From positions 1,674,001 to 1,738,000 of the forward strand of contig OX597821.1 of the NCBI GenBank assembly GCA_951406725.2: a stretch of 64,000 bases of DNA, in the 5' to 3' direction. A program made the position numbers and the translations under genes. The notes below the pieces were generated by a model, which saw only the letters and a program-made list of their open reading frames with translations, ran no database searches and was not told the origin of the DNA. This DNA is from Octopus vulgaris (taxonomy: Eukaryota). Positions 1 to 13,285 of the stretch are shown one piece after another. Positions within the stretch are counted from its first letter, which is position 1, and each line of letters begins with the position of its first letter.

Positions 1-231
1 GGAGCGAGAATGAGAGAGGGAGGGAGAGGGCATAGAGAAAGAGAGAGAGAGGGACAGACGGAGAGAGAGGGAGAAAGAGAAAAAATGAGAGGAATGAGAG
101 AAAGAAAGAGAGGGAGAGAGAAGGAAAGAGAGAAAGAGAGAGAAAGAGAGAGACAGAGAAAGAGAGAGAGGGTGAGAGAGAATAAGAGAATGAGGGAGAG
201 AGAAAAGAGAGAGGGAGGAAATAAGGAGTGA
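1..231. repeat. Degenerate (GA)n purine-rich microsatellite
   Basis: Direct reading of the sequence; the R/E-rich ORF 10..231 is an artefact of it. Confidence 0.9.
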
Positions 232-1102
232 GGAGAATGTGTGGCAGAGTAAAAGAGATAACCGGAAGAGTTTGGCTCATCTTGGATTCTGTTGCCCTGT
301 TTGAAAATCAGACGGAGGTCGTCATGGTTTGAAACACTTTTGATCAAAGGTGCGTACTGTGCGTAGCTCACCTGGAGCTAAGCAAAAATAAAAACAAGAA
401 CAACAAAACCAACGTTGTTGTCTCAATGGTCTTGTGGGTAAAGAGATGAACAAAGCAACATATATACCCCTTGGACAAAGTTTCAATCCTTGTAAAAGTA
501 TTCAGTGCTTTTGTTGCTAAAAAGCATTCGTGAAGTAAAACCATGTAGCGACACCAAATGGCGGTGCCCCAGCATGGCCACAGCTCGTGAGCTGAAACTA
601 GAATCAATCAATCAGTCAACAACAACAACTACAATTACCACCGGTTCCGAATTCTTCTACATTGCAAGATTTAACGGAATCGTTGTTTATTTCATAAGGA
701 TTTTTGTTACAAAGCGAATTTCAGTCCAGTTTGCTGGATCTCTTGCTACGGAGAAAATGAAATATTAAAGGGGGTGGGGGCGGGGCGGGGTTGAAGCAAA
801 CAAAAAAAAAACACAAAAGCAATATAATTATCAGAATAATAATTACTTCGTCATTTAACGAAAATCTATCTCATCGCCACCGCCACCACCATTACTGCCA
901 ACACTACCAGCGCCACCATCATTACCATCATCATTATCATCGTCGTCATCGTCATCGTCATCATCATCATCATCATCATCATCAACATCACCATCAAATA
1001 CCGCCGACGTTAACATTATCAAGTACCTATCCAGTACTAATATCGGGGTATTTGACTTAGCTTTTTCTTTAAAATTGCTGTCCCTTGCCAAAATTAGAAA
1101 CA

Positions 1103-1109
1103 ATTATCA

Positions 1110-1164
<55 letters not shown>

Positions 1165-1202
1165 CATCATCATCACCATGATCATCATCATCGTCATCAT
1201 CA

Positions 1203-1275
<73 letters not shown>

Positions 1276-1283
1276 TATTATTA
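1103..1283. repeat. (ATT)n/(ATC)n compound trinucleotide microsatellite
   Basis: Direct reading. Confidence 0.95.
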
Positions 1284-1359
1284 TACATATACACACAACA
1301 GATTATACTGTTAGAAACGGAAAAATCCTAACATTGGGCCTCAATAAATGACCTTAGAT

Positions 1360-1545
1360 TGCCACGAACCTTCCTAATAACGCTGTTTTCTGGAGCTGTA
1401 CTAAACTGGGTTTTATGCCTATTTCCTCAATCCATCTGTTCAGATTTTTAGGGATAGTTCCTAATGCACCTGTAACTACAGAGATACATTTTACCCACAC
1501 TTTCCTTAGTCTCTGTAATTCAGTTACTAGGTTCTGGAACTTTGA
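1360..1545 (-). mobile_element. R4/Dong-like non-LTR retrotransposon, C-terminal REL-endonuclease fragment
   Basis: Minus translation KSLSKFQNLVTELQRL...ISVVTGALGTIPKNLNRWIEEIGI...LQKTALLG matches the K..KY..L / V.GALG / QK.ALLG terminus of REL-type ORFs and parallels 49904..50209. Confidence 0.75.
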
Positions 1546-2019
1546 TAATGATTTTATACCTCTCATATTGATTTTATTGTTATCATTATTGTGTGAGAGA
1601 GCAGTGCATGCCATCAATACACCGATCATGACTACCCGTCTGATAAACAGCACATTACCTTGCAGTTAAGTGAGAATTTTCTTCTTGTCGAGTAGCCCAT
1701 CCCGACCAAAAGGTACCTGAATAAGGATTGTTTAAGTATAATGAATGAAACACCCATATTTCCAGAGGTGAATTGTTCAAACTGCAAAGAATCCCTCTCA
1801 ACACATGGCTATGATGCTCCCCCACTACTTCTGCTCATGATTAGAGATACACATATCATCAGCCACTAAGGGACATGCTCAAACTGGTTAAGGACAAGCA
1901 AATCCGTGTTATAGAGCAGAATATTTGCTGGAGCCCATCACTTATACCAAGACAAAATATGTACAAGATAACAGTTCCGATCAGTAAAGATCAAAAGCCT
2001 GGAGGGCCATTGCCTGGTA

Positions 2020-2862
2020 CTACATCAACAGCATCACAAGCAGCACCACCAGCAGCAGTAGTATCACAACCACCACCACCACCACCACCACAACCTACCA
2101 CTACTGCCACAGCCACCCCGATGATCACTAAGACCATGCGAGTTGCACCAACAACAAGAACAGCAACAAGAAGAAGATGAGTAACAATAATATCTACAAT
2201 TTGACGGCTACCGTCACAGAATTTACAAGCAATATTCTTAACTACGACACTCGCCAACGCCGCTGCCGTCGCATTCACCGCCGCCTCCTTCAGCATTGTC
2301 GACATCAGCAACACCACCACCTTCACCACCATCACCATCACCACCAACAACACCACCACCAACACCACCAGCATAACATTCATCACAGTTATCATCGTGA
2401 ATCCCCTACACACACACTCAACTCCACTCCACCCCTCCCCAAAACCCCCAACACCACCACCACCACTACCACCTTCGCATCCACTCGCTGCTTCCGCCTG
2501 TCGCTGCCGCCGCCATCACCTGTGCTTCAGACCACACATTCCGACACCCCCCCAACACCACCACAACCACGCCACCGCCGCCACCACCACCACCGCCGCC
2601 GCCGCCGCCACCGCTACCACCACCACCACCACCCTCACTTCCCCCTCGTACCATATCTTCCGTTCCGATATTTAGCGCTCTTCAATACTATTCCATTGCA
2701 AGAAGAAATCCGTTGACAACAGCGCATACTTCATATCTTAATTGCACAAGACCACTATGATCCCAGCATTTCATAACATCACCACCGCCGCCACCACCAC
2801 CGCCACCACCACCACCGTCACCACCACCGCCACCACCACCACCGCCACCAAAACACCCACTG

Positions 2863-2901
<39 letters not shown>

Positions 2902-3789
2902 ACTTCTATTTCCTCCACCTCGACATCCCTAACAATACTTGTAACAGCTATTAACCTTCTTATCGACATCATCATAAACTTTAACAAAGTCATCACCACC
3001 GCCACTACACCCCACACCATCAACACTGCCAACACCATCATTATCATCATCGTCATGGAAGACAACGGCAGTAACAACAATAGCAACATCACTGATATTA
3101 TGTCTACGCCGAATGAACTCCCCCCCCCCCCAGTTCCAAAAGAGAAGAACCGCAAAACACCTTCAGAATAGATATTAGTTCCAGAATAATCAAAGCTCCT
3201 CCCGTCGACCACCACCACCACGGCCACGACGACCACCACCATCATCACCACCACGGCCACGACGACGACCACCACCACCACCATTAACGCAACCCCTACC
3301 CCCACCACCGTCACTAAATCCGCCACTAGAACCGCCGCCGCCCCCCACGCCACCACCATCGCCATCAACACAACCACCACCAAAACCATTATCAAAACGA
3401 CCATCACACCAGTACCATTATTTTCACGATGACGACGACTACCACTACCACTACCACTACCAACACCACCACAACCACCATAACTACCACCACCATCACC
3501 ATTATCACCACGACCATCACACGAGTACCATTATTATCACTACGCCGACCAACACCATCAACACCACTACCACCACTGCTACTAACACTACCACCACATC
3601 AGCAAAACCACTACCACCACTGTTGATACACCACCATCAGTGCAGCCGCCTCTACATATCCAAAAGCACAACCACTAGCACCACCACCACCACCTTACCA
3701 TCTAAACGTATGACCATCACCCCCAACATAATGACCCCCACCACCAAAATTATCAGTCTCCACAACCACTGTCGCTTCTCATCAAACAC

Positions 3790-3827
<38 letters not shown>

Positions 3828-4782
3828 CAGTACCACTACCAACACCACCGCCGCAAATCCAAAACCACCACTTTCTCCACTATCACCAGCACAACCACCA
3901 CAACCAATACCACCACCAACACCATTATCACCGATTCCACCGCCGCCACCACCACCTCTTACACTACCATGCTGTTCTAACCATCCATCGCTATCATGAT
4001 GTGCATCGTGACCATCACCACCAACAACATCATCAACTGTTCAATGTTAACACCATCACCACCACCACCTCCACCAACAACATCATCATCATCATCATCC
4101 CTATCAGCAACAACCTTACAACCACTCACAACGCTTTATCAACGATCCATCGCCATCACCATCACCAACCTGCACCACGACCATCACCACCGAAACCACC
4201 ATTAGCATTATCAACCATCCCCCATTACAGCCTATCGTTAATTCCACCAGGACCGTCACCCACCGATACCGCCGCCACCACTTTGGCATCAATATTCACC
4301 GCCGCCAAATCAAACACAGTTTATCTCCGCTCCCCCTCCCCTACTCCCCCTCCCCCTCCCCTACTCCGCCTCCCCTCTCCCCTCCTCCGCCTCCGCCTCC
4401 GCCTTCCCCCTCCCCTTACTCTTAATCTAACTCGCCTTTCCCTCCTCCCCGCGTATATAATCGTGCTTACAGCGCCTCTTCTCCATCGAATTGGAGAGAA
4501 CAACTTCCTTTCCTCCTCTCAATGAATAACGGGCAACAACTACAAGAACAACATCAATAATTGTCACATCACCACAAATACTTTCTCATCCTTAAAGACA
4601 AATTATGCGCGCGCACACTTTTAACTATACACGACACACGCACATAGACACACAGGTAAGTGGATATGTATACACACGCACACACACGCACACACATAAA
4701 CACACGTATAATAAACCTACCGTTAACCCTAGCTATAATAACCACTGCAATCAACACCACAGCCACCGCCACCGCTACCACC

Positions 4783-4828
<46 letters not shown>

Positions 4829-4911
4829 GTGAAAGCATCAACAAATTACCATAGCTGTCGCCGTGAACAGAACAGTAATGTCACTACTTCCACGACCTCT
4901 ACAACTACCAA

Positions 4912-4965
<54 letters not shown>

Positions 4966-5118
4966 ATCAACACAATTCCTGCCAGCAACACCGATCGCTA
5001 CGTCCACCGGCACAGCATTTCTGTTGTCATCTGACAGCAAAATGTTTTCACACCATCGACCATTGACATCACCACCACCACCACCATCGCCACCACGTCA
5101 CCCACCATCACCACGATA
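2020..5118. repeat. Long strand-biased cryptic trinucleotide tract (CAC/CAT/CCG/CAA/ACT)
   Basis: About 3 kb of degenerate triplet repeats producing poly-T/H/P/I pseudo-ORFs in several frames. Confidence 0.85.
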
Positions 5119-5179
5119 ACAACTCCCCCCTCTGTCTCTCACTCTCTCTTTCTCTCTCTCTCTATATATACATATATAA

Positions 5180-5505
5180 CAGATTCAACTTAGATATGTT
5201 TCGACCAAAGATTGGTCCAGGCCATGTCTAACTTAATAGCACCAGCTGATAGGATTATCTAAATCTTTTTTAAGTCAAGTTTTGTTTATGGACCATTCAA
5301 GTAGTGAGTTTTTGTTGAATGTATTGTATCCAGGTATGTGTGGCTTGTCTGGTATTCCTTGAAGAAATCTGTCCAGATGCTGTTTAAAGGTGATAGGATT
5401 CCTTTCCTCTTTGATCAATTTTGGGACAATGTTAAACACGGCAGAGTCTGTTGAGGAAAAGAAACTGTGCCGTAGTGTACCTATATGTTGTGATCCTGAT
5501 TTAGT
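5180..5505 (-). mobile_element. CR1/L2-like LINE 3' end (ORF2 C-terminus plus 3' UTR hairpin)
   Basis: Minus translation HIGTLRHSFFSSTDSAVFNIVPKLIKEERNPITFKQHLDRFLQGIPDKPHIPGYNTFNKNSLLEW (FK..LD.FL..IPD.P..PGY motif), followed by a stem-loop (gacca/tggtc, ttagatatg/catgtctaa). Confidence 0.7.
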
Positions 5506-5678
5506 AGTTGTGTTGTTTTGCTTTTATAATAAAATATGCAAATTATAAGAAATAACAAAAAATAATACAGAACGGCGTTGTTTTTCCTTCGCCGATTTTC
5601 ACCTATAGCGGTGGATGGTTTTGGAATGATGGTTTGGAACTATAGTCAAAGGATTGTTGCATATATATATATATACAC

Positions 5679-5843
<165 letters not shown>

Positions 5844-5848
5844 TTTAT

Positions 5849-5879
<31 letters not shown>

Positions 5880-6032
5880 GGCGCAACGGCCAAGTGGTTA
5901 GGGCAGCGAACTCACGGTTGTAGGATCGCGGTTTCGATTCCCAGACCGGGTGTTGTGTGTGTTTACTGAGCGAAAACACCTTAAGGCTCCGGCAAGGGGT
6001 GGTGATCCCTGCTGTACTCTTTTACCACTCTT
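5880..6032 (+). mobile_element. tRNA-derived SINE family C, truncated by the HHR unit
   Basis: A box ggccaagtggtta and B-box-like gtttcgattccc; homologous to 17290, 62127 and 32985(-). Confidence 0.8.
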
Positions 6033-6175
6033 TCGCCCCACCACCGTACATGTCTCTACGAGAGATTTAGAAATTCAATATTTCTTATTTTGATAATCAG
6101 TGAATAAACTTCACTGAGTTTACATATATAGATACGAAGTCCAGGCAAATATCACCAGCCGACCGGTGTCTCTAC

Positions 6176-6221
6176 TCTAGGCCGATGAAGGACAATGATC
6201 CTGAAACACGGTGTCCCTAGA
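6176..6221 (+). ncRNA. Type I hammerhead ribozyme motif (U4C variant)
   Basis: Stem I tctagg/cctaga; core CCGAUGA; stem II agga/tcct; GAAA; short stem III acac-g-gtgt; GUC cleavage predicted after 6215. Confidence 0.8.
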
Positions 6222-7126
6222 TGCGGTTCCGACGGTTGGGGGTGTTTGTCTCCCCTTCATATATGTATATAAGGACACAGGGGAAAAAATGTGTCGAAGC
6301 TGTCAGGAGGCGTTCGATGCCTCCTAGGGCTATACAACGGTGGTGTACCCCCTACTGTCACGTTCTTGTTAGATTGACAGTATACAACCATTCTATCGCC
6401 CCACCACCGTACATGTCTCTACGAGAGATTTAGAAATTCAATATTTCTTATATATATATATATATATAAGTTCAGTAAAAATTTAGATTCAGTTGAATAT
6501 GGTACTTAAGTTAAAGGCACCAGAATTTGGTATGGTATTATCCATATAAATCAAACGGGGTGATTATAATCAAATTAAACAACAAGGATATCCAGAGGTA
6601 ATCCTTGTTGCATATGTTGATACACACACACGCACATACATACATATATGTATATATATATATATATATACTCTTTCACTCTTTCCTTTGTTTCACTCAT
6701 TTCACTCTGCCCAAGCTGGAATAAATCGACGCCAGGAATTTTCTTTGTAAGCCTAGTACTTATTCTATCGGTCTCTTTTTGCTGAACCGCTAACTGACGG
6801 GGACGTAAACACACCTACATCGGTTGTGAAGCGATGGTGTGGGGACAAACACAGACACAAACAACAAACGCATACATACATACATACACACATACATTTA
6901 TACATACACACATACATATAGCCATCCACAAGCCTCAAACTCCATGGAAGATGTACAGACAAGAGAAGTCAGAGAATATCTCTCAACCGCCATCAAGACA
7001 ATAAATAGTACCACTGTCAACTACAAGAATTACTACTACTACAACTACTACTACTACTACTGCTACTACAAATACTAGTTCCAAATTAAAACTTACTACT
7101 ACTACTATTACTACTACTACAAGAAT

Positions 7127-7190
<64 letters not shown>

Positions 7191-7755
7191 ACTGCAGACT
7201 GTTCTTGCATGCATGCATGAATCCTTCTTTCTAGAACGTCAACCATTTTCCAATCTTCCTTTTCCCCACTTGCCCCTCGATCCCTTATTTCCCCCCATTT
7301 TCATTTCTTCGTTGCTCTGCCTTCAATCTCCTCTTTCCTTTCCCATTTGGCTTTCTCTTTCTCCACCAAGCCCCTATCTATTCTCTTTATCCCCCAACCC
7401 CCTATCGATTCACCACCATCTCCCTCGCCTTTGTTGCATTTTCCATCTCCCACCACACCCCTAGCCCCTGCTCTACAGCTTCTCATCTCATACGTGTCGG
7501 CAAAATAGCCTTTGATGTTGACTTGCTGTAATAATGACATACCTCTCTACCACCACTGCCACTGGCCCCAGCACCAGCACGAACACCACCACCTCCGCCA
7601 CTGGCCCCTGCACCAGCACCAGCACCAACACCACCACCTCCGCCACCACTATTATTTCTATCCTGCACTCGTCACCTACCCCTATTCTATCCTTCCTTTC
7701 GCAAACATTAAGCTTTATGTACGCACATACATGCATACATATCTGAATACACAAA

Positions 7756-7817
<62 letters not shown>

Positions 7818-8212
7818 CACATTCATGTATCTACATTTGATATTTATGCATTGGTGCATATATATATTATTTTCTTTTATTCTTTTATTTGCTTCAGTCA
7901 TTTGTCGGCGGCCATGCTGGAGCACCGCCTTTAGTCGACCAAATCGACCCGAGGACTTATTCTTTTAAAGCCTAATACTTATTCTATCGGTCTCTTGCGG
8001 AACTGCTTAGTGAAGGGGACGTAAACACACCATCATCAGTTATCAAGCAATGTTGGGGGGACAAACACAGGCACATAGGGGTTGGCCTAGAGTCGCTAGA
8101 AGACTTGGAGAATGATATGTATATCATGTGTGATATGTATGTGTGTGTGTGTGTTTGTGTGTTTGTGTTTATGTATATATACATATACATATCATGAGGT
8201 ACGGCACGTAGT

Positions 8213-8263
8213 TTTGTCAGTGAACAGGTCGCGATCTCAAAGCGACGAAAATATTTTGACAAA
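8213..8263 (+). ncRNA. Type I hammerhead motif with G3-C8 swap
   Basis: Stem I tttgtca/tgacaaa; core GUGAACA plus an extra G; stem II gtcgc/gcgac; GAAA; palindromic stem III AAUAUU; UUU site. Confidence 0.7.
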
Positions 8264-9461
8264 TTAAATTTAAATGTTGAAGTGAATCAAACGGTTTTTG
8301 TGTGTTTCTTAAATGGCTTATAAAAACCTTCCACGCTGCAATTGTTTTCGTTCCAGCACACGATCTTAGATCAAGTCACTTGCTGTGCAAGTACATCTCC
8401 GTAATATATATATATATATACGCACACGTAATTTGTTGATTTGTTTATGTGCCTTTTTGCCCTCTGCAACTCATCCCGCCCTTGGAATCTATTCAATAAG
8501 CTTTCAGCCCCTCATTAACACCCCACATTCTATTTCTCCATAACTTCGCATCTACCATCATTTCTGTACCATTCCCTTAGTTTATCACTAATCTCTCGGC
8601 CACCCCGACGACATCATTGCGTTGTACCCTCCACCTATGATTCATCATTATTTTATCAATGTTGCTTTGCTGCACCTCCGGCAACTACCCTACCGCACAC
8701 CATACGAATCCTTTCTGAAGCATTATCTCTGCATTAATGTTGCCAGCAGACCAGATCGTTAGCGCGTCGAACAAAATTCCTTGGCAATATTTCTTCCAAC
8801 CCTTTATAAGCTGAGTTCAGATCTCGCCAAGATCACCTGTCTTTCATTTTCTTTCTTTTTCTTTTTTTTTTTTTTTTTGCCCGGATCGATAAAATAAAAT
8901 ACACGTACTAGATTGATGTAATTCTCTAGCTCCCGCCATCTAAATTCTGTAGCCTGTGACTATATTACAAACAATTACCTCCACACTCAACTGCGATCGT
9001 CCAAATCATCTCAACAAATCCGCTGACTCTTCTACCGATCATCGTACAACGATACTGTACAGTTTCTGCTCTGTACCAATCAGCAGCCGCCACGTCATAA
9101 TACATCATGCGTACCGCGATTTGAAATTATCTTTCATCCAGCCATTACCGTCCACATTATCTCTACTGCAGGTACAACATCGATTTTTCGGAACAGTTCG
9201 TTCGAAAGTATTTTCCGGTAACTGCTTTTTTTTCCAATCAGGGTTTGTCATCTTGGTGAACACACCTTATACTAAGCAAATCTTAGATTTACACAAGTGT
9301 GGCTGTGTGGCAAGAAATTTGCTTCACAACTGCATGGTTACGGGTTCAATACCACTGCGTGGTACCTTTGGCAAGTATCATCTAGAGTCTTGCTAGTGGA
9401 TTTGGTTGACGGGAACAGAGAAATCCTCCAGGTATATATATATATATATATATATATATGC

Positions 9462-9871
9462 TTTTATTTGTTTCAGTCATTTGACTGCGGCCATGCTGGA
9501 ACACCGCTTTTAGTTGAACAAATCGGCCACAGGACTCATTGTTTGCAAGCATTGTACTTATTCTATCAGTCTTTTTTTAGCGAACCACTAAGTTACGAGG
9601 ACGTAAACACACCAGCATCGGTTGTCCAGCGATGGTGGGCGTACAAACACAGACACACAAACACATACAAACACACACATACAAACACACACATACACAC
9701 ATACTCACACACACATATACGACAGGTTTCTTTCTGTTTCTTTCTACCAAATCCACTCACAAGGCTTTGGTCGGCACGCGGCTATAGAAGACACTTGCCA
9801 CACAGTGAGACTGAACCTGGAGCCATGTGACTGGTAAGCAACCTACTTACCACACAACCACTCCTGCGCCT
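9462..9871 (-). mobile_element. tRNA-derived SINE family A with central (CA)n
   Basis: Reverse complement of the 28006-28410 copy; head ggcgcaggagtggttgtgtggtaag, tail cagcatggccgcagtcaaatgactgaaac. Confidence 0.85.
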
Positions 9872-10430
9872 GTATATGTGCGTGAGAGAGAGAGAGTGAG
9901 AGAGAGAGAGAGTGAGGGAGAGAGTGAGAGAGTAATACTAACACTACAGTTACTACTGCTTCTGCTACTACTAGTACTGCTGCTACTCCTACTATTGCTA
10001 TTACTACTATTACTACTGCTGCTGCTGCTACTACTACTACTACTACTACTACTGCTGCTGCTGCTACTACAACTACTACTACTACTACTACTACTATTAC
10101 TACTACTACTGCCACTACAAGCACGTCAACCGGTCCCAGCGCTACACCTTCATCACCAACCTCCTCATTCCATACCCCCCCCCATCACCAGTATTGTCTT
10201 CCATCATCTCCATCACCGCTATCACTACGAAAACTATCAAATTCATCATGACCAGCTCCATAGAAGACCCTCCAAACCCCATACAACATATATAACATAA
10301 ATGTGACAAGGGCCAACATAAACTGTGCGATGTTACGAACAATACGTCCATTAATGTCAACGGCAAAGAGGCGGATTTTTTTTCCACATTGTTATGAGGT
10401 CATACACTCGCTGCACACACTCACTCGCAC

Positions 10431-10560
10431 ACGCGCGCACACACAGACATACGCGTGCACACACAGACATAAGCGTGCACACACAGACATAGGCGTACAC
10501 ACACAGACTCACGCGTGCGCACAAAGACTCACGTGCGCGCACAAAGACTCACGTGCGCAT
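10431..10560. repeat. 20-bp minisatellite, about 6.5 units (ACACAGACATACGCGTGCAC-like)
   Basis: Exact 20-nt periodicity with gradual unit drift. Confidence 0.8.
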
Positions 10561-10935
10561 TCGCTCGCTGGCACAGTAAATGTTCCGAAGTTTTACTAAC
10601 ACAGAGGCGAGCTACATAAATGAAAAAAAAAACTAAAAAACAGGAAAAAAGCTAAAAAACACATGAAAAATGCAAAAATACAAAAAGGTTTTGTAAGTTT
10701 TATTTTATTTTTGTTTAAAAAATTTTTTCTTTCCATTTTTGTGTGATACTGTATTTTTCCAAATTCTTTTAATTATCTAAAGATTATCAAAAAAAAAAAC
10801 ACACACAAACAAAATAAACATGAAACAGATAAGCTTTCATTAAAGATTCCTTTATTCAGCAATTATAATTAAATATACGTACATACTACATACATTGATA
10901 CATGTCTACAAATTTATATACATGTACACACATAT

Positions 10936-10991
<56 letters not shown>

Positions 10992-11364
10992 CACGTGATC
11001 GACCAGGCTATCAGATGTTGTTACACATTCCTGGTCTGCACTTTTGCATTCTTTTGGCCTTCAAATGACACCATTCCGCAGGATAGAGGAGCAGGCCAAC
11101 ATGCCACCCCACTCGTCGAACGGGAACTGGCTCGACCAGACTATCACATGCTGTTATACATCGCTGGTCACAGTGTACTTCCAATTCTGTCTTGATTATG
11201 CTATTCTTTTCCATCTTCGCCTAAATTGCTTGAGTAAATCGTTTTCCCATCGTCATGGAGGCCCTCCATATAAGAGAAATTACTAGAAATACATTTCCTT
11301 TATTAGCTCCAACATCTGTTTCGCTATTGTGGCTGTTTACAACTCTGCGATAGAAAACTATATT

Positions 11365-11752
11365 CTTTTCTACTCTAGGCACAAGGGCCGAAATTTTGGG
11401 GGATGGGGCCAGTCAATTAGAAGGACCCCAATACGCAACTGGTATTTAACTTATCGACCCCGAAAGAATGAAAGGTAAAGATAACCTCGGCAGAATTTGA
11501 ACTCAGAAATTAAAGACAGACGAAATACCTATTTCTTTACTACACACAAGGGGCTAAACACAGAGGGGACAAACAAGGACAGACAAACGGATTAAGTCGA
11601 TTACAGTGCGTAACTGGTACTTATTTAGTCGACCCCGAAAGGATGAAAGCCAAAGTCAACCTCGGCGGAATTTGAACTCAGAACGTAGCGGCAGATAAAA
11701 TACCGCTAAGCGTTTCGCCGAACGTGCTAACGATTCTGCCAGTTCGCCGCCT
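11365..11752 (-). mobile_element. SINE family B (MetaSINE-like core), two adjoining copies
   Basis: Core ccgaggttgactttggctttcatcctttcggggtcga...agtacc occurs twice; homologous to 11955-12152, 32241, 32690 and 34672. Confidence 0.8.
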
Positions 11753-12599
11753 TATTGGAAAATTATACTTCATTATGTTGCAGACAGTTCTTACCGTAAT
11801 ATGACGTAATAAAAAGTTCCCTAATCATTCCTTGCTGTTAAAACTCCATTTGCAATTGGAATATCCACTGCAAAGTTACAAAAAACGCTAAAACTTGTGT
11901 TTTATCGTAATTTCTTCTACATTTGCCCTGCGTATTATAACTAGTAATAATCGCTTTTACTATAGCCACAAGGCCTGAAATTTCGGGGGAATGGGGTAAG
12001 TCACTTGACCCCAGTCCACAAATGATATTCATTTTATCGACCATGAAAAGATGAAAGGTAAAGTCGGTTTGGGCAGCATTTGAACCGAGGATGTAAAGAC
12101 GACCGAAATATCGCTAAGTCTTCTATCCAGTGTGCTAACCATTCTGCCAGCCTTCTACATTTCTGTAACTAGCAATAATACAAAATGTAGCAGTTGTTTA
12201 TGCTTTATAGCAGAAGTAGACTGGACGATGATAATCCGTATGAAGATCGAAACGTAATAACAATAGCTGCTGCACATCTATTTGTATACACAAAATACCC
12301 TATATATGTGTGCGCGAGGATTTAAGAATGTATGTATGTATGTAGATCATTGTTCAGCTTTATTTCAAGATTTCTTGCCAATAGAAAAAGAGCCGGTTTC
12401 TAACCTAGATTCATGGCTCCTTCGTTGGAATTTTAACATCAACAACACGGTATTTTTCTTTGTATGTATGTATGTATGTATGTATGTATGTATGTATGTA
12501 TGTATGTATGTATGTATGTATGTATGTATGTATGTATGTATATGTGCAGACTTGTATGCTTTGCTTTATGTATGTATTCTCATGCATATAGTTGCATAT

Positions 12600-12812
12600 C
12601 TAGATGTGATCATATATATTTAAATGATAAACTCTGGAAAGTTATACAGATGTTTACAGTTCGGATAATAGAATGGGTCTGTAGTCTTCGAATTAGCTTT
12701 CTCCTTTCTGTTTTGAGAAGCCTAATTTCTCAAAATTGGAAATTAGGCAGTGTGTTACATATCCCAGTGCTCCAATAATTACAGGTATAAACCTGAACTT
12801 GTAATCTGGATG
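12600..12812 (-). mobile_element. REL-type non-LTR retrotransposon C-terminal fragment within (TATG)n
   Basis: Minus translation HPDYKFRFIPVIIGALGYVTHCLISNFEKLGF (IP.IIGALG motif). Confidence 0.65.
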
Positions 12813-12906
12813 TATGTATGTATGTTTGTGTGTATGTATGTATGTATGTGTGTGTGTGTGTGTATGTATACATACACACACACATCAAAACAAAATTGGA
12901 AAAGAT

Positions 12907-13285
12907 TTGGTATTATTTATAAACCATTACACATGTTTCATTTGCTAATAGGAATCACAAAGTTATACATGTAGCAGAAACATAAAGCATCACCAATTAG
13001 AGATTCTTCAGACAAGAAATAATACATTATTTAATTCGCTGTCTGAAGGAATTCAAATAGCAGTTACCTTACATGTTTCTCATACATTTACAAATGTTTA
13101 ATTCCTATTAACAAATGGAACATGTGTAATGGTGAATGAATAATCCTTTCCACTATATGCATAAGGCCTGAAGTTCTTGTGGGGAGGGGGACTATCCAAT
13201 TACAACGACCCCGGTGCTCAACTGGCACTTATTTCATCGACCCTGGAAGGATTTGAGGTTTATGGTGAATGGATAATACCAAAAG
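12907..13285. repeat. Degenerate foldback element interrupted by a SINE-B fragment with a target-site duplication
   Basis: Arms ccattacacatgtttcatttgctaataggaat / attcctattaacaaatggaacatgtgtaatgg; atggtgaatg(a/g)ataat is duplicated around the insert. Confidence 0.65.

Noticed and set aside
2020-5118. Long His/Thr/Pro/Val-rich ORFs (up to 300 aa)
   Set aside because: Open in many frames on both strands because triplet repeats lack stops; no domain or splice structure.
5190-5230. Hammerhead on the minus strand (gacca/tggtc-GAAAC)
   Set aside because: No CUGANGA-like strand; better explained as the LINE 3' stem-loop.
5880-5950. tRNA genes at the SINE heads (also 17290, 28423, 62127)
   Set aside because: A/B boxes are present, but there is no proper acceptor stem and each runs into a shared SINE body.
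10998-11170. ~38-nt imperfect direct repeat about 134 bp apart (CRISPR- or retrozyme-like)
   Set aside because: Only two diverged copies, eukaryotic context, no HHR core; a third partial copy near 47715 indicates dispersed retroposon tails.
12220-12260. Hammerhead-like tgaaga...cgaaacgta
   Set aside because: Stem I and stem II cannot both be formed.
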